NCBI GenBank assembly: GCA_964496765.1
Contig: CAZCAP010000008.1
Coordinates: 1-32,000 of the forward strand
Origin: an uncultured archaeon
GTDB taxonomy: Archaea > Iainarchaeota > Iainarchaeia > Iainarchaeales > CSSED10-239
Direction: 5' to 3'
Length of the DNA stretch: 32,000 nt
In this document: piece after piece, positions 16,846-25,931 of the stretch
Layout of the letters: each line of letters starts with the position of its first letter
Numbering within the stretch: position 1 is the first letter of the stretch
Translations under genes and position numbers: made by a program
Notes under the pieces: model-generated
The model's input: only the letters and a program-made list of their open reading frames with translations
What the model was told of the DNA's origin: nothing
Database searches by the model: none

Positions 16846-19590
16846 TTATACTTTATATCTTAGAAAAGCACCTAGTCCACCAAATGTTTCAAAGAATTGC
16901 TTTCCTTCTGGAGATTCAATTGAAATTAGTTCAACCTTAGTGCTTGTTTCTTCTGCAATCTCAACAAAGTAATCAAAGATATCTAGTTCTTCAATTAATT
17001 CTGAATCCTTGCCACAGGAGGAACAAACAATTGTTTCTTTCTTTTCTTCTTTTTCTGGATCTCTAATTATTTTATAATCAATATTGTTACACGAATTGCA
17101 CTTGTACTTGTTTGCCATCCAGGTTATTCCTTCGGAGAGGAGGATGCTATCCACTTGTCCAAGATTTAATGCATTCATTACCTCTCTATAACCATAGGTC
17201 GCAAGTTCATTCTTAGCAACCTTTTCAACAAACTTATTAACAAGTGCTCTTTCCTTCATTACTCCTACTTCTTTTAGAATATCTCCAGATTTATCAAGTA
17301 TTTCTTTTATTCCTGATTCATCTGTGTAGGATGTGTCTATTGTTCCAAGAACCTTATCTCTTAGTCTATGATCAAGATCTCCTGCTTCTAAAAACCAATT
17401 TTTAGAATGCCCTGGTCCACCAACCACGATACCCTTAAGCTTTTCAATACCAACAAAGGTTGCATTTACTTTTTCTCCAACTCTTTTGTAAAAGTCCTCT
17501 TCAGCTTTTTCTCTAAGACGCTCGAAACGATGTGATGAATTATGAACAACAAGCCCATTCGCAATAAAATTTTTATTTTTTACTGTGATGTCAACCATAG
17601 AGGTTGATGTTTGTTTTTGTATATGTATTTTACTTATTTTAACAGGAATTACTGGGTAATCCATTATCTTTTTTAGATCTATATATAATTTTTTATCTTT
17701 GATTTTCTTTAAGATTGAACTTTCAAAGGTTGCTTTACCCATCATTCTTTTGTTATTAAAGAAAGCACTAACTTTTGGGAATAATTGAAGATTATATCCT
17801 TTTGTTTCAATTAATTTTCTAATAAAACTACCAGACATAATTATTTGTCTTGATCGTTCCATATTTGATTTTTTAGTGATTACTTTGTCAAGTATTATTT
17901 GTTTTTTCTTAGATGTAAATCCAATTTTTTTCTTAAATAATTGCAATGATGCTTTTTCAGTAATTGATATTGTAAATCTATGATTATCCGTGTATGGGTT
18001 CATATAATTATCATATTCAACGAGTGATGAAATTATTGAAAATCTTAATAGAACTAATTGTATTTGCTGAGCCAATCTCTTGTTATTTATTCCAAAACCA
18101 ACTCCTCTATCAAGATTAACATATCCTTCCGCATCAAATAATCCTTTTAAGAAGCTTGCAAGAATACTGTTTGGAGAACACAATATTTGTTTTGGAATTA
18201 ATGTATCTCTTGCTTTCTTTAGCTCAGGGAATTCTTCTTTAATTAATCTTACAAGAGGCCTGCTTGTAAATCTTAATTGATGATAATTTTTTGTCTCTCT
18301 GAATCTATAACTTGAATTTACTGAAAAATAAGAATCATATTTCTTTTTATATGCCAAAGCAACATCTTTATTCTGTTCAGAGAAGGAGATTCTATCCTCT
18401 TCAAAGTTTCCATCTCCAGCAAAATACCCCATAAACTGAGCAAACACTATATCTATTTTGGTTGGAAGCTTAATATTTGTATAAATTGTATTTATAGTGT
18501 ATTTTTTTAAAAATGTAGAATAGTTTATTTTTAATTTATTACAAATATTTTTTAAAAATTCTCTATTTATATTTACTTTTCCAATCTCAACACCTGAAAT
18601 TGCAGTTTGGGTAACTCCTAAACTTTTTGCAAGTTCTTTTTGAAATAGCTTTCTTTTTTCTCTTTCTTTTTTTAATAAACTTTTTCCTTCTTTTGTGATT
18701 GTAAATGAATTATAATATTTTTTTGAATCAATTACTTGAATAGTTCCTTTAACATCTATTTTTTCAGGCATTAATAAAGTATCTCCTTCTTTAAGATCTT
18801 CTGCTGTCTTTTCAATAACTTCAGTTCCTGTATGAACGAAGAAGAGATGATCTTTGCTGGATTGGATTTCAAGTCTTGGTTCCTTTGTTATAATTGTATA
18901 AATTTTGTTCTTCTTTACATCCCATTTGTTTGAAACTACAGAATCAAATAGATTATAATTATTAAAATTTATGGATTTAACATCTTGATTCTTGGATAGT
19001 TCTTTAATGTCAATTATGTTTCCATCAGCTAATTGAACAAATGCGTCTTTTAAACATTGACCTCCAGCACGTGATTTACCTGGAACAGCAGATGTTTCAT
19101 TACTTATAATTTGAATTGCTTTCCCTCTAAGAATAGCAAGGGTTGCTTCTCTCTTATCAACAGCAATAAAACCATAAACTTCGTCTGTTTCAGCCATCTC
19201 TTCTAGTGGAGTTGTATGAAAAGAAGAATCACACCAATAAAGCTTGGTTGTTAATCTCTTTGGTGGAATAATTTCAAGAAGAGTAACATCTGATTTGGAT
19301 GGATTAGTTGAAACGTCTCCTGAAAAAAGAACTAATCCATTTTCTGGAAGCTTGAAATCTATTTGTCTTAGATAATTAATTATTCTTTTTAGAGCTGCTT
19401 GAACATTTTTTCTAGTCTGAGAGCTCTTTATGTTTGATGATTGACTTTGCTCATCAGTTAATTGCTTAGTAACTGTGCTTCTATCAGCATCAGGAGGAAG
19501 GTACACACTTATTAATTGGGTTCCTGTTCCTTTAAACTTCTTAATTGCTTTTAATTTCTTTTTTAATAATAATAAATTTGTTTCATCCAT
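16846..19590 (-). CDS. prf1: Peptide chain release factor subunit 1 (aRF1) precursor interrupted by an intein
   Basis: 914-aa ORF. Exteins carry NIKS (SSNIKSSQTRKNV) and GGQ (SAVPGKSRAGGQ | SSHRFERLREKAEEDFYKRVG). Removing aa 179-684 leaves a 408-aa aRF1. Confidence 0.96.
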   Translation of the reverse strand: MDETNLLLLKKKLKAIKKFKGTGTQLISVYLPPDADRSTVTKQLTDEQSQSSNIKSSQTRKNVQAALKRIINYLRQIDFKLPENGLVLFSGDVSTNPSKSDVTLLEIIPPKRLTTKLYWCDSSFHTTPLEEMAETDEVYGFIAVDKREATLAILRGKAIQIISNETSAVPGKSRAGGQCLKDAFVQLADGNIIDIKELSKNQDVKSINFNNYNLFDSVVSNKWDVKKNKIYTIITKEPRLEIQSSKDHLFFVHTGTEVIEKTAEDLKEGDTLLMPEKIDVKGTIQVIDSKKYYNSFTITKEGKSLLKKEREKRKLFQKELAKSLGVTQTAISGVEIGKVNINREFLKNICNKLKINYSTFLKKYTINTIYTNIKLPTKIDIVFAQFMGYFAGDGNFEEDRISFSEQNKDVALAYKKKYDSYFSVNSSYRFRETKNYHQLRFTSRPLVRLIKEEFPELKKARDTLIPKQILCSPNSILASFLKGLFDAEGYVNLDRGVGFGINNKRLAQQIQLVLLRFSIISSLVEYDNYMNPYTDNHRFTISITEKASLQLFKKKIGFTSKKKQIILDKVITKKSNMERSRQIIMSGSFIRKLIETKGYNLQLFPKVSAFFNNKRMMGKATFESSILKKIKDKKLYIDLKKIMDYPVIPVKISKIHIQKQTSTSMVDITVKNKNFIANGLVVHNSSHRFERLREKAEEDFYKRVGEKVNATFVGIEKLKGIVVGGPGHSKNWFLEAGDLDHRLRDKVLGTIDTSYTDESGIKEILDKSGDILKEVGVMKERALVNKFVEKVAKNELATYGYREVMNALNLGQVDSILLSEGITWMANKYKCNSCNNIDYKIIRDPEKEEKKETIVCSSCGKDSELIEELDIFDYFVEIAEETSTKVELISIESPEGKQFFETFGGLGAFLRYKV
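17911..18441 (-). other. LAGLIDADG homing endonuclease domain inside the intein
   Basis: Paired motifs at about aa 387-397 and 481-491 of the precursor. Confidence 0.9.
18526..18687 (-). other. XRE-like helix-turn-helix segment inside the intein
   Basis: KSLLKKEREKRKLFQKELAKSLGVTQTAISGVEIGKVNINREFLKNICNKLKI matches the XRE HTH pattern. Confidence 0.8.
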
Positions 19591-19640
19591 AAATATACCT
19601 AGTTTATCTATATAATATCTGTTACGATATATAGAAATAG

Positions 19641-20057
19641 CTATCCATTAATAACTTCAGTTATATAAAATACTGACTTAACTTGATCATTTCTATAATC
19701 ATAGGTTATTCTCAGAGAAGGATAGATAATCACATAATAATCAGAGTTGTTTATTTTGTTAACAAATGGATCTCCGATCATGTATGGCTTGTAGCTTGAA
19801 ATAACCACAATTTCGTTATTTAATAGTTTTTGTATAACCTGTTCGTCCGTTGGTGCTTGATCTCCAATTCCAGAGATTCCTAAAAATAAAGAATAAACAA
19901 ATAATATAATTATAAGTATAACTAGGAAAATCTTAATCCTTGAAATAGAAGATAATTTACTTAATCTTTTTGAACTTCTTGGATGATTAATTATTACTTC
20001 AGTTTTTGATTTTTGGTTTTTACTTACAACCTTCTTTTTTGTAATTTTCTTTTTCAA
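19641..20057 (-). CDS. Hypothetical small single-pass membrane protein
   Basis: 138 aa; Lys-rich N-terminus then IKIFLVILIIILFVYSLFLGISG. Confidence 0.65.
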   Translation of the reverse strand: MKKKITKKKVVSKNQKSKTEVIINHPRSSKRLSKLSSISRIKIFLVILIIILFVYSLFLGISGIGDQAPTDEQVIQKLLNNEIVVISSYKPYMIGDPFVNKINNSDYYVIIYPSLRITYDYRNDQVKSVFYITEVING

Positions 20058-20063
20058 GTTATT

Positions 20064-20564
20064 TCACTCCAGACAATTATCATAATCTTGACACAATGAT
20101 GCTTCCTGATAGGGGAAGACAATTGTTAGTTTGTTTTTGATTTTGTTAACTGAATACTTTGGAACAAACTTGCCCTCAGATTTATAGAAGATACAAGCAA
20201 GATCAATTGTTTTTATTGTTTTTTTAATTAATTTTATTTTTTTTGCAACTTCTTCTCCTCTGTTTTCTTCAAAAACATCATCAACCAGAAGAACATCTCC
20301 TTTTAGATCAAAGAGACAAGTAATTGCTTTATCAATAACATACTTATTGTTTATTAGTTTTGCAGAAATTACTCCAAGAGGAACATCTAATATGCCTGAT
20401 AGAATTCTTCCAAGCAATAGTCCACCACGAGAGATACAAATAACAGCACAGTATTTCTTATTTGAACTAATTACTTTTTTTCCAAGCTCAAGACTTAGAG
20501 ATTCAAACTCATTCCAAGATGTATAATACATATGCCCTATAACCTCTATATATAATATGGACAA
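20064..20564 (-). CDS. Phosphoribosyltransferase (purine/xanthine PRTase-like)
   Basis: 166 aa with AVICISRGGLLLGRILSGILD and PRPP loop GDVLLVDDVFEENRGEE. Confidence 0.82.
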   Translation of the reverse strand: MSILYIEVIGHMYYTSWNEFESLSLELGKKVISSNKKYCAVICISRGGLLLGRILSGILDVPLGVISAKLINNKYVIDKAITCLFDLKGDVLLVDDVFEENRGEEVAKKIKLIKKTIKTIDLACIFYKSEGKFVPKYSVNKIKNKLTIVFPYQEASLCQDYDNCLE

Positions 20565-20686
20565 AAGTTATAAAAAGAGTGATATAAACCTCTAATCTTT
20601 AAACTTTAAAAAGTTAGTTTTAAAAATGCAACTTACTTTTATATATCTACAAAGTTATAATTAAAATCTCAAGGAGAAGATGAGTT

Positions 20687-21271
20687 ATGCCAAAACCATT
20701 AAAAATTGCTATAAAGAAATTATTTGGAAAATCATTAACCTTTAGAGAAAAATGTGAAGGACTTGGAATTGAGAGGAATGGATACCTAAAAAAAATCACT
20801 CTCAATAAAAAAGACAAAACTAATAAGCATGATTTTCAATTAACATTATTAGAAAAAAGAAAGTTCATGGTTAGAAGAGGACTTCAGAAAGCAGAAAAAA
20901 AATTAAAATTAGCAACTGAAATAATAAATAAACTAGAAAGTAAAGTTAGGAATCTGGGTTCAGCAATCTCTATTAAAGGAGATATAGATGTATTCGCACT
21001 CCGTCAAGTAGCAAAATACACTCCAACTCATTGGGAATACAGGAAAGTAGCAGTTGATGCAAGAAATTATGCAAAAATTAATTTCATAGAGGTTTACCAA
21101 GAATATATTAAAAAACACAAAAAGAAACTGGATGATATTAGTAAAACTGATGTGCTAAATATATTACGTGAAGCTGGCAAAAAAAGAGAAAAAGTGCTTA
21201 TTTATGGAGACAGAGTAATCGTTAATCTTCTAGGGCAAAAAAGTACAAAAAGAAAAATAGCTGGATTATAG
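20687..21271 (+). CDS. Hypothetical basic protein
   Basis: 194 aa intact ORF with an upstream GGAG; Lys/Arg-rich; no family recognised. Confidence 0.6.
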   Translation: MPKPLKIAIKKLFGKSLTFREKCEGLGIERNGYLKKITLNKKDKTNKHDFQLTLLEKRKFMVRRGLQKAEKKLKLATEIINKLESKVRNLGSAISIKGDIDVFALRQVAKYTPTHWEYRKVAVDARNYAKINFIEVYQEYIKKHKKKLDDISKTDVLNILREAGKKREKVLIYGDRVIVNLLGQKSTKRKIAGL

Positions 21272-22804
21272 GAAAGATTCAATATCTTTCTTTTCTTCTT
21301 CTTTTTTAGTCTCATAGCTCCTTGCTAAACCAGTTAATGTAACATCAAGAATTGAATCCTGGGATCTCTTCTTTCGTACTTTAAAGAAAACAGGATAGTT
21401 GCTTGCTTCTCCAACAACTAGTGCTTCACCAACTCTAAGGGAAGTTATCATTTCTATTGATTTTGAATCAAGACCCTCACTTGATTCTCCAATATGCTTA
21501 AGATCGTAAGGGTTTGTAACTCTTAGAATTATATGTGTATTTGCTTGAGAAAGAACAGTTGTTGAAAGCCTAACTGGTCTTTGAGAAATTAAACATAGAC
21601 AAGCACCAAACTTTCTACCCTCTCTTGCTATTGTTTCAAGTATATTTTTTGCTAATGCTCTATCCTTTTGTGCCATCTCTGGAGCAAACTGATGGGCTTC
21701 CTCAACAATCAGAAGGAAGGGAGGAACTCTCTCCTTATTTACTCTTCCATGGAAGAGCTTGTGAGCAAAATAATAGAGAATTAATTGTTTCTTTTTTTGA
21801 TTAATCTCGTTTGATAAATCTAAAATTGTTAGCTTACCTGGATGAATCACATCATAGACGCTTGGAGAATCAACCTTTCCAAATAAACGAAGTTCAGATA
21901 ACTCATACAATGCATTGATTAGTGGTTTTGAAATTGTATCCTTAATTTCTGATGATTCAATCTCTCTAATTATGTCTTTTAAATCAAAAGGACCAGCACC
22001 GTGTTTTTTGTCTTCATTTAATTTCTTTATTGCAATTGAAAGTTCTCTTTTTTGAGCAGCAGAAAGAATTGTTAAAAGATTGGAAAGGAAATGATCTGAT
22101 AAACCAGTAACACCAATTTTAATATCATTTGATTTTATTTTAATGGTCTTTGTTGAATAGTCTTTCTTTTCTTTATCTTTTGTTGGTTCAGAGAAATTAG
22201 AATATTCTCCATGAGTATCAACAAGCACTACTGCTATTCTTCCTTTGTCTTCTGCTCTATCAAGAAGCTCCTCAAGGATTACACTTGTTAAATAACTTTT
22301 ACCTGCACCTGATTGAGCAAGGATAGCTAAATGCTTTTGAAGAAGGCGATCAAGATCAAAGGTAACCTGAAGAGATGGATTTTCTATTTCTCCTAGATTA
22401 AGTCCATCCTCTTTGAAATGAAGAAACTTTGAAAGAACATCCTTGTCGCAAACCTCAACCTTATCTCCTGGAGAAACAGGAAGAGTTGATCTTGCAAATC
22501 TATTTTCTATTGTTAGGACACCAAGAGGTTTAATAATACCCTCTAGAAATTCCCATTCATTTGCTGGGAATTGTTCAAAAATATTTATGTTATTTAGTTC
22601 AAATTCTTTTATTGATTCATTGTTTTCAAAATATCTATTTCTTTTAAGAACATCAACAACTAATCCAATTAACTTACCTTGAGAATAATTTATTTGAACG
22701 TATTGTCCCTTATGAACTAGTTTATTTATGCAAACAAAACTTATCTTAGAAGTGGATGGAGAATCATCTGTTGATATCACAATTCCAAATTCATTTTCTT
22801 GCAT
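21266..22804 (-). CDS. herA: HerA-family DNA translocase/helicase
   Basis: 512 aa with Walker A LAILAQSGAGKSYLTSVILEELL, VVLVDTHGEYSNF, PPFLLIVEEAHQFAPE, ETIAREGRKFGACLCLISQRP. Confidence 0.93.
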   Translation of the reverse strand: MQENEFGIVISTDDSPSTSKISFVCINKLVHKGQYVQINYSQGKLIGLVVDVLKRNRYFENNESIKEFELNNINIFEQFPANEWEFLEGIIKPLGVLTIENRFARSTLPVSPGDKVEVCDKDVLSKFLHFKEDGLNLGEIENPSLQVTFDLDRLLQKHLAILAQSGAGKSYLTSVILEELLDRAEDKGRIAVVLVDTHGEYSNFSEPTKDKEKKDYSTKTIKIKSNDIKIGVTGLSDHFLSNLLTILSAAQKRELSIAIKKLNEDKKHGAGPFDLKDIIREIESSEIKDTISKPLINALYELSELRLFGKVDSPSVYDVIHPGKLTILDLSNEINQKKKQLILYYFAHKLFHGRVNKERVPPFLLIVEEAHQFAPEMAQKDRALAKNILETIAREGRKFGACLCLISQRPVRLSTTVLSQANTHIILRVTNPYDLKHIGESSEGLDSKSIEMITSLRVGEALVVGEASNYPVFFKVRKKRSQDSILDVTLTGLARSYETKKEEEKKDIESFL

Positions 22805-22821
22805 AATTAATTACCTATTTA

Positions 22822-23583
22822 TTATATATGTGCTAATTGTTTTTTAACCATTTGATTAAACCTAAGCTTTTGTTTTTTTAATTTTTGTTGAACCTTTCGT
22901 TTTTCTGTTTTTGGTAGGATTGCTTTTTCAAAACCAACTGCATTCTGAATATTTAATTTGCTTTTATAATCTATGGTTCTTCTTTTAATTGTGTGAATCT
23001 TTGAATGGATACCAAATGATGCTAGCCTATTTTGTATTGCTGTTGCCCAGGTGGACACACAAAGTTTTCTGTATTCCCCAAAAGCAAGAATGCGAACGTC
23101 CTTGCTTAACTTATTAATAAATGTTTTTGTCATAAACTTTGGAGTACCAATGACATCAGGATTTCCATTGGCGTGTGGGTTATAATTACTATAGACCACC
23201 CTGTTTTTTAAATTTCTATTAGTGAACTCTGTGAATTTTGAAAGAATTTGTTTTTGTAATTTCAGAGTTTTATAAAATTCTTTTTTTAGTTCAGAATATT
23301 TTTCAAAACTCATCTTGTGTTCATATCTATCATAGACCCCAATTTGGGGAGTGAAAATAATTAGAAGTGATGCTTCTTCTTTTGAAATTTTATTTATTTG
23401 ATCTCCATATATTCCAATAATTTTTTTAAATTCATTTGTTGTGGGCTTGTGCTTTGAATTTAGTTTTTCAATAATTGGATTATCAATTAGATTATCTGTG
23501 ACCTGCTTATAAAAACCTTGCATAAGAAAAAGATCATATAATGGGTGAACTAACAAATATATTTTATTATATTTTTCAACCAT
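22822..23583 (-). CDS. Conserved-looking hypothetical protein of unknown family
   Basis: 253 aa intact ORF inside a compact minus-strand operon. Confidence 0.7.
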   Translation of the reverse strand: MVEKYNKIYLLVHPLYDLFLMQGFYKQVTDNLIDNPIIEKLNSKHKPTTNEFKKIIGIYGDQINKISKEEASLLIIFTPQIGVYDRYEHKMSFEKYSELKKEFYKTLKLQKQILSKFTEFTNRNLKNRVVYSNYNPHANGNPDVIGTPKFMTKTFINKLSKDVRILAFGEYRKLCVSTWATAIQNRLASFGIHSKIHTIKRRTIDYKSKLNIQNAVGFEKAILPKTEKRKVQQKLKKQKLRFNQMVKKQLAHI

Positions 23584-23601
23584 GTTCTGCTACTCCTAAT
23601 C

Positions 23602-24420
23602 CTATCTTATATAATTATTTCTCGCAGGTGAATCACTCTTAGGTGGATTGTTCATTTTTTCAATATCTTTTGAAATTTTTGAAAATGATTCTTCTATTTT
23701 TTTTGCACTATCGAGTATGGACTTAAGATCTAGCTTAAGCTCAGAAAATAATTTAAGAGTTATCTCAAGTATTTCTTTTGCTGATGCTGGATCCCCATAG
23801 GTAAGCTTGCTATCGGTTTCACCCATTAAACAAACACCAGATATTTTATAGTTTTTATAGGCAATTCCTGGGAGAAGTCCTGCTACTCCAGAAATTAGAG
23901 TATCCTTATTGTTTTTATCAAAATAAATATTAGTTAACTTCTTTTTTTCTAAGTCTGTTCTTGTTTTTTCATCAGAGGTGACACAGGCAACTCTTGGTTT
24001 TGTTTTCATTCTCTGGTCCCCAATATTTAATCCTGCAAAAGTATATATTTCTTTTATTCCTGATTTTTTTGCAAAAGCAGCTATACTCTCAGAAAACTCA
24101 TAGTGATCTTGAGAGTTTGGAACATTACCTAGTGCTGGTTGAACAGGTCCAACAAGGAAAAGATAATCTCTTTTTTTGCTTGAATAAACGTATAATTCAT
24201 CGTGAATAATTTCAAGAACAGAATTCTTTGCATGAACAGCAGGAGGAAATGAATCTGAATAAACTTTAGCCAGGAGAATTGGTTTTGGTTTAAGCTCACT
24301 AACTAAATAATCAACAGCAATTTTGCCCACAAGGCCAATGCCAGGAAGGCCAGCTATAAGAACTGGGTTTTTTAATTTTTTTTTCAAGATTATATCTATG
24401 GTTGTACTCATTTGAATCAA
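23602..24420 (-). CDS. PAC2 family protein (proteasome assembly chaperone 2-like)
   Basis: LKNPVLIAGLPGIGLVGKIAVDYLVSELKPK...FLVGPVQPA...FAGLNIGDQ...ISGVAGLLPGIAYKN. Confidence 0.9.
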   Translation of the reverse strand: MIQMSTTIDIILKKKLKNPVLIAGLPGIGLVGKIAVDYLVSELKPKPILLAKVYSDSFPPAVHAKNSVLEIIHDELYVYSSKKRDYLFLVGPVQPALGNVPNSQDHYEFSESIAAFAKKSGIKEIYTFAGLNIGDQRMKTKPRVACVTSDEKTRTDLEKKKLTNIYFDKNNKDTLISGVAGLLPGIAYKNYKISGVCLMGETDSKLTYGDPASAKEILEITLKLFSELKLDLKSILDSAKKIEESFSKISKDIEKMNNPPKSDSPARNNYIR

Positions 24421-24434
24421 TTCCTCTAGTTAAT

Positions 24435-25196
24435 TTAATCAGTATTATTTTTAATAATTTCTACACTTTCTCCTTTCAAGAATTTAGTTATGTCCTTTGA
24501 AATTAGGTCAAAGTCTTTTGATGCGATCTTATAATCTTTTGCAATCACAATTATGGAATAACGCCCTGGTCCAACGTAGTTGAACTTTGAGTTAGGGTAA
24601 TCCTTTTGTAATTTAAGTAGTGCTTTTCTAATTATTTCAATTCCATTTGGTTCACTTGATGATACCTTTATTGTTCCGGTTATTATCTTGTCTTTAACAG
24701 TTATGTTTTTCGATAATAAATTGAACAATGTTTGTCTATATTTTTCTTCAATACCTGGATAGTAATCTTTACCATATTTTAATAAATTAATAAAACCTTT
24801 ATAGAGACTAGATTCTTTCTCTAGAATTGGGTCCCCTATCTTTTGCCAAACATCTTCAGAAGTTAATTCTAGTTCCTTTGCAATTACTTCCATTAGGCTT
24901 TGAGCTCTTAAAAACAATCTATAGTCAGATATTTTTCTTTTTTCATCAGCAGATGTCACTCTACTAAAAGAAAGATCAACGTGCTTTTTTTCTTCATCAA
25001 CCTTTAGAACCTTTGCAGCTCTAATCTGTCCAACCTTAACATGATTATGAATGTTTTTAATCCAGGTTGATGAGACTTGAGATATGTGAATAAATCCTTC
25101 AATATCATCAAATTCTAAAATATTTGCAAAAACTCCAAAATCAGTTATTTTTGTAATCTTACACACAACTACATCATTTAATTTAGGGTATTCCAT
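24435..25196 (-). CDS. Translation initiation factor aIF2 alpha subunit
   Basis: S1 domain DVVVCKITKITDFGVFANILEFDDIEGFIHISQVSSTWIKNI, then aIF2alpha C-terminal domain. Confidence 0.94.
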   Translation of the reverse strand: MEYPKLNDVVVCKITKITDFGVFANILEFDDIEGFIHISQVSSTWIKNIHNHVKVGQIRAAKVLKVDEEKKHVDLSFSRVTSADEKRKISDYRLFLRAQSLMEVIAKELELTSEDVWQKIGDPILEKESSLYKGFINLLKYGKDYYPGIEEKYRQTLFNLLSKNITVKDKIITGTIKVSSSEPNGIEIIRKALLKLQKDYPNSKFNYVGPGRYSIIVIAKDYKIASKDFDLISKDITKFLKGESVEIIKNNTD

Positions 25197-25364
25197 TTTT
25201 TTTTCAACTCATTTATATTCAATTATTATAAAAAGAAAATTCTTTTGTATTATATATAATATATACAAACTGTTTTTAATGTATATCTTTCCTAGAAATA
25301 TATGGTTATTTGATTAAATAAAGAGCAAGCTTGTTTAAATAACAGGAATAAAGTAGAGACGAGT

Positions 25365-25931
25365 TTAATCTACTTTCTCAATTATTTCCTTTGTTTCTAG
25401 GATTTTAAAAATATCCTCAGGGATTTCCACTAGCTGATTGATTTCAAAAGGCCCATATTCCTTCATATCCCCACCAATGAATGCAGGAATGTCCTGTAGA
25501 AATTTTACCTTAACCTGTGTTGTTGTGTCTGTGTTCTGTGGCTTTTTTGAAACTCCAAAAATTGTGTTTGTTTGCTCGTTTTGCTTATCAATGAGCTTTA
25601 GAATTCCTTTTGCGAAATCAATCTCAAAATCCACTAATCCCTCATCAGCAAAATCATTTGTTCTGCTGTACATTAAACAACTATTCATTATTTTTTTAAT
25701 TCTTATTTCTCTTATTTTCTCAGTTATTCTTTTTAGGTTTTCAAATCTTTTCAAAGTATTTGTAGAAAAAGAATCTTCAATGGATGAAATATATTTATGT
25801 CTCTCGTCTGTTAGGAATTTTTTTAATCCCTTATAAAAAGAGGAATCTAATTTTGATAACCTGGGGGACTTGGTTTCAAGCCTATATATTTTTTGTAATT
25901 CATCATAGTCAACCTTGTAATTATCACTCAA
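25365..25931 (-). CDS. GINS complex subunit (Gins51-type)
   Basis: 188 aa helical N-terminus with C-terminal B domain VKFLQDIPAFIGGDMKEYGPFEINQLVEIPEDI; next to priS as is common in archaea. Confidence 0.85.
   Translation of the reverse strand: MSDNYKVDYDELQKIYRLETKSPRLSKLDSSFYKGLKKFLTDERHKYISSIEDSFSTNTLKRFENLKRITEKIREIRIKKIMNSCLMYSRTNDFADEGLVDFEIDFAKGILKLIDKQNEQTNTIFGVSKKPQNTDTTTQVKVKFLQDIPAFIGGDMKEYGPFEINQLVEIPEDIFKILETKEIIEKVD

Larger units (their letters stand above)
17539..19056 (-). mobile_element. Intein (506 aa, LAGLIDADG type) in aRF1, inserted after GGQ
   Basis: Block A CLKDAFVQLADGNIIDIKEL; block B-like SSKDHLFFV; LAGLIDADG-type motifs FMGYFAGDG and FLKGLFDAEG; blocks F/G MVDITVKNKNFIANGLVVHN followed by Ser+1. 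Boundary codons checked: tgt at 19056..19054, aat at 17541..17539. Confidence 0.96.
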
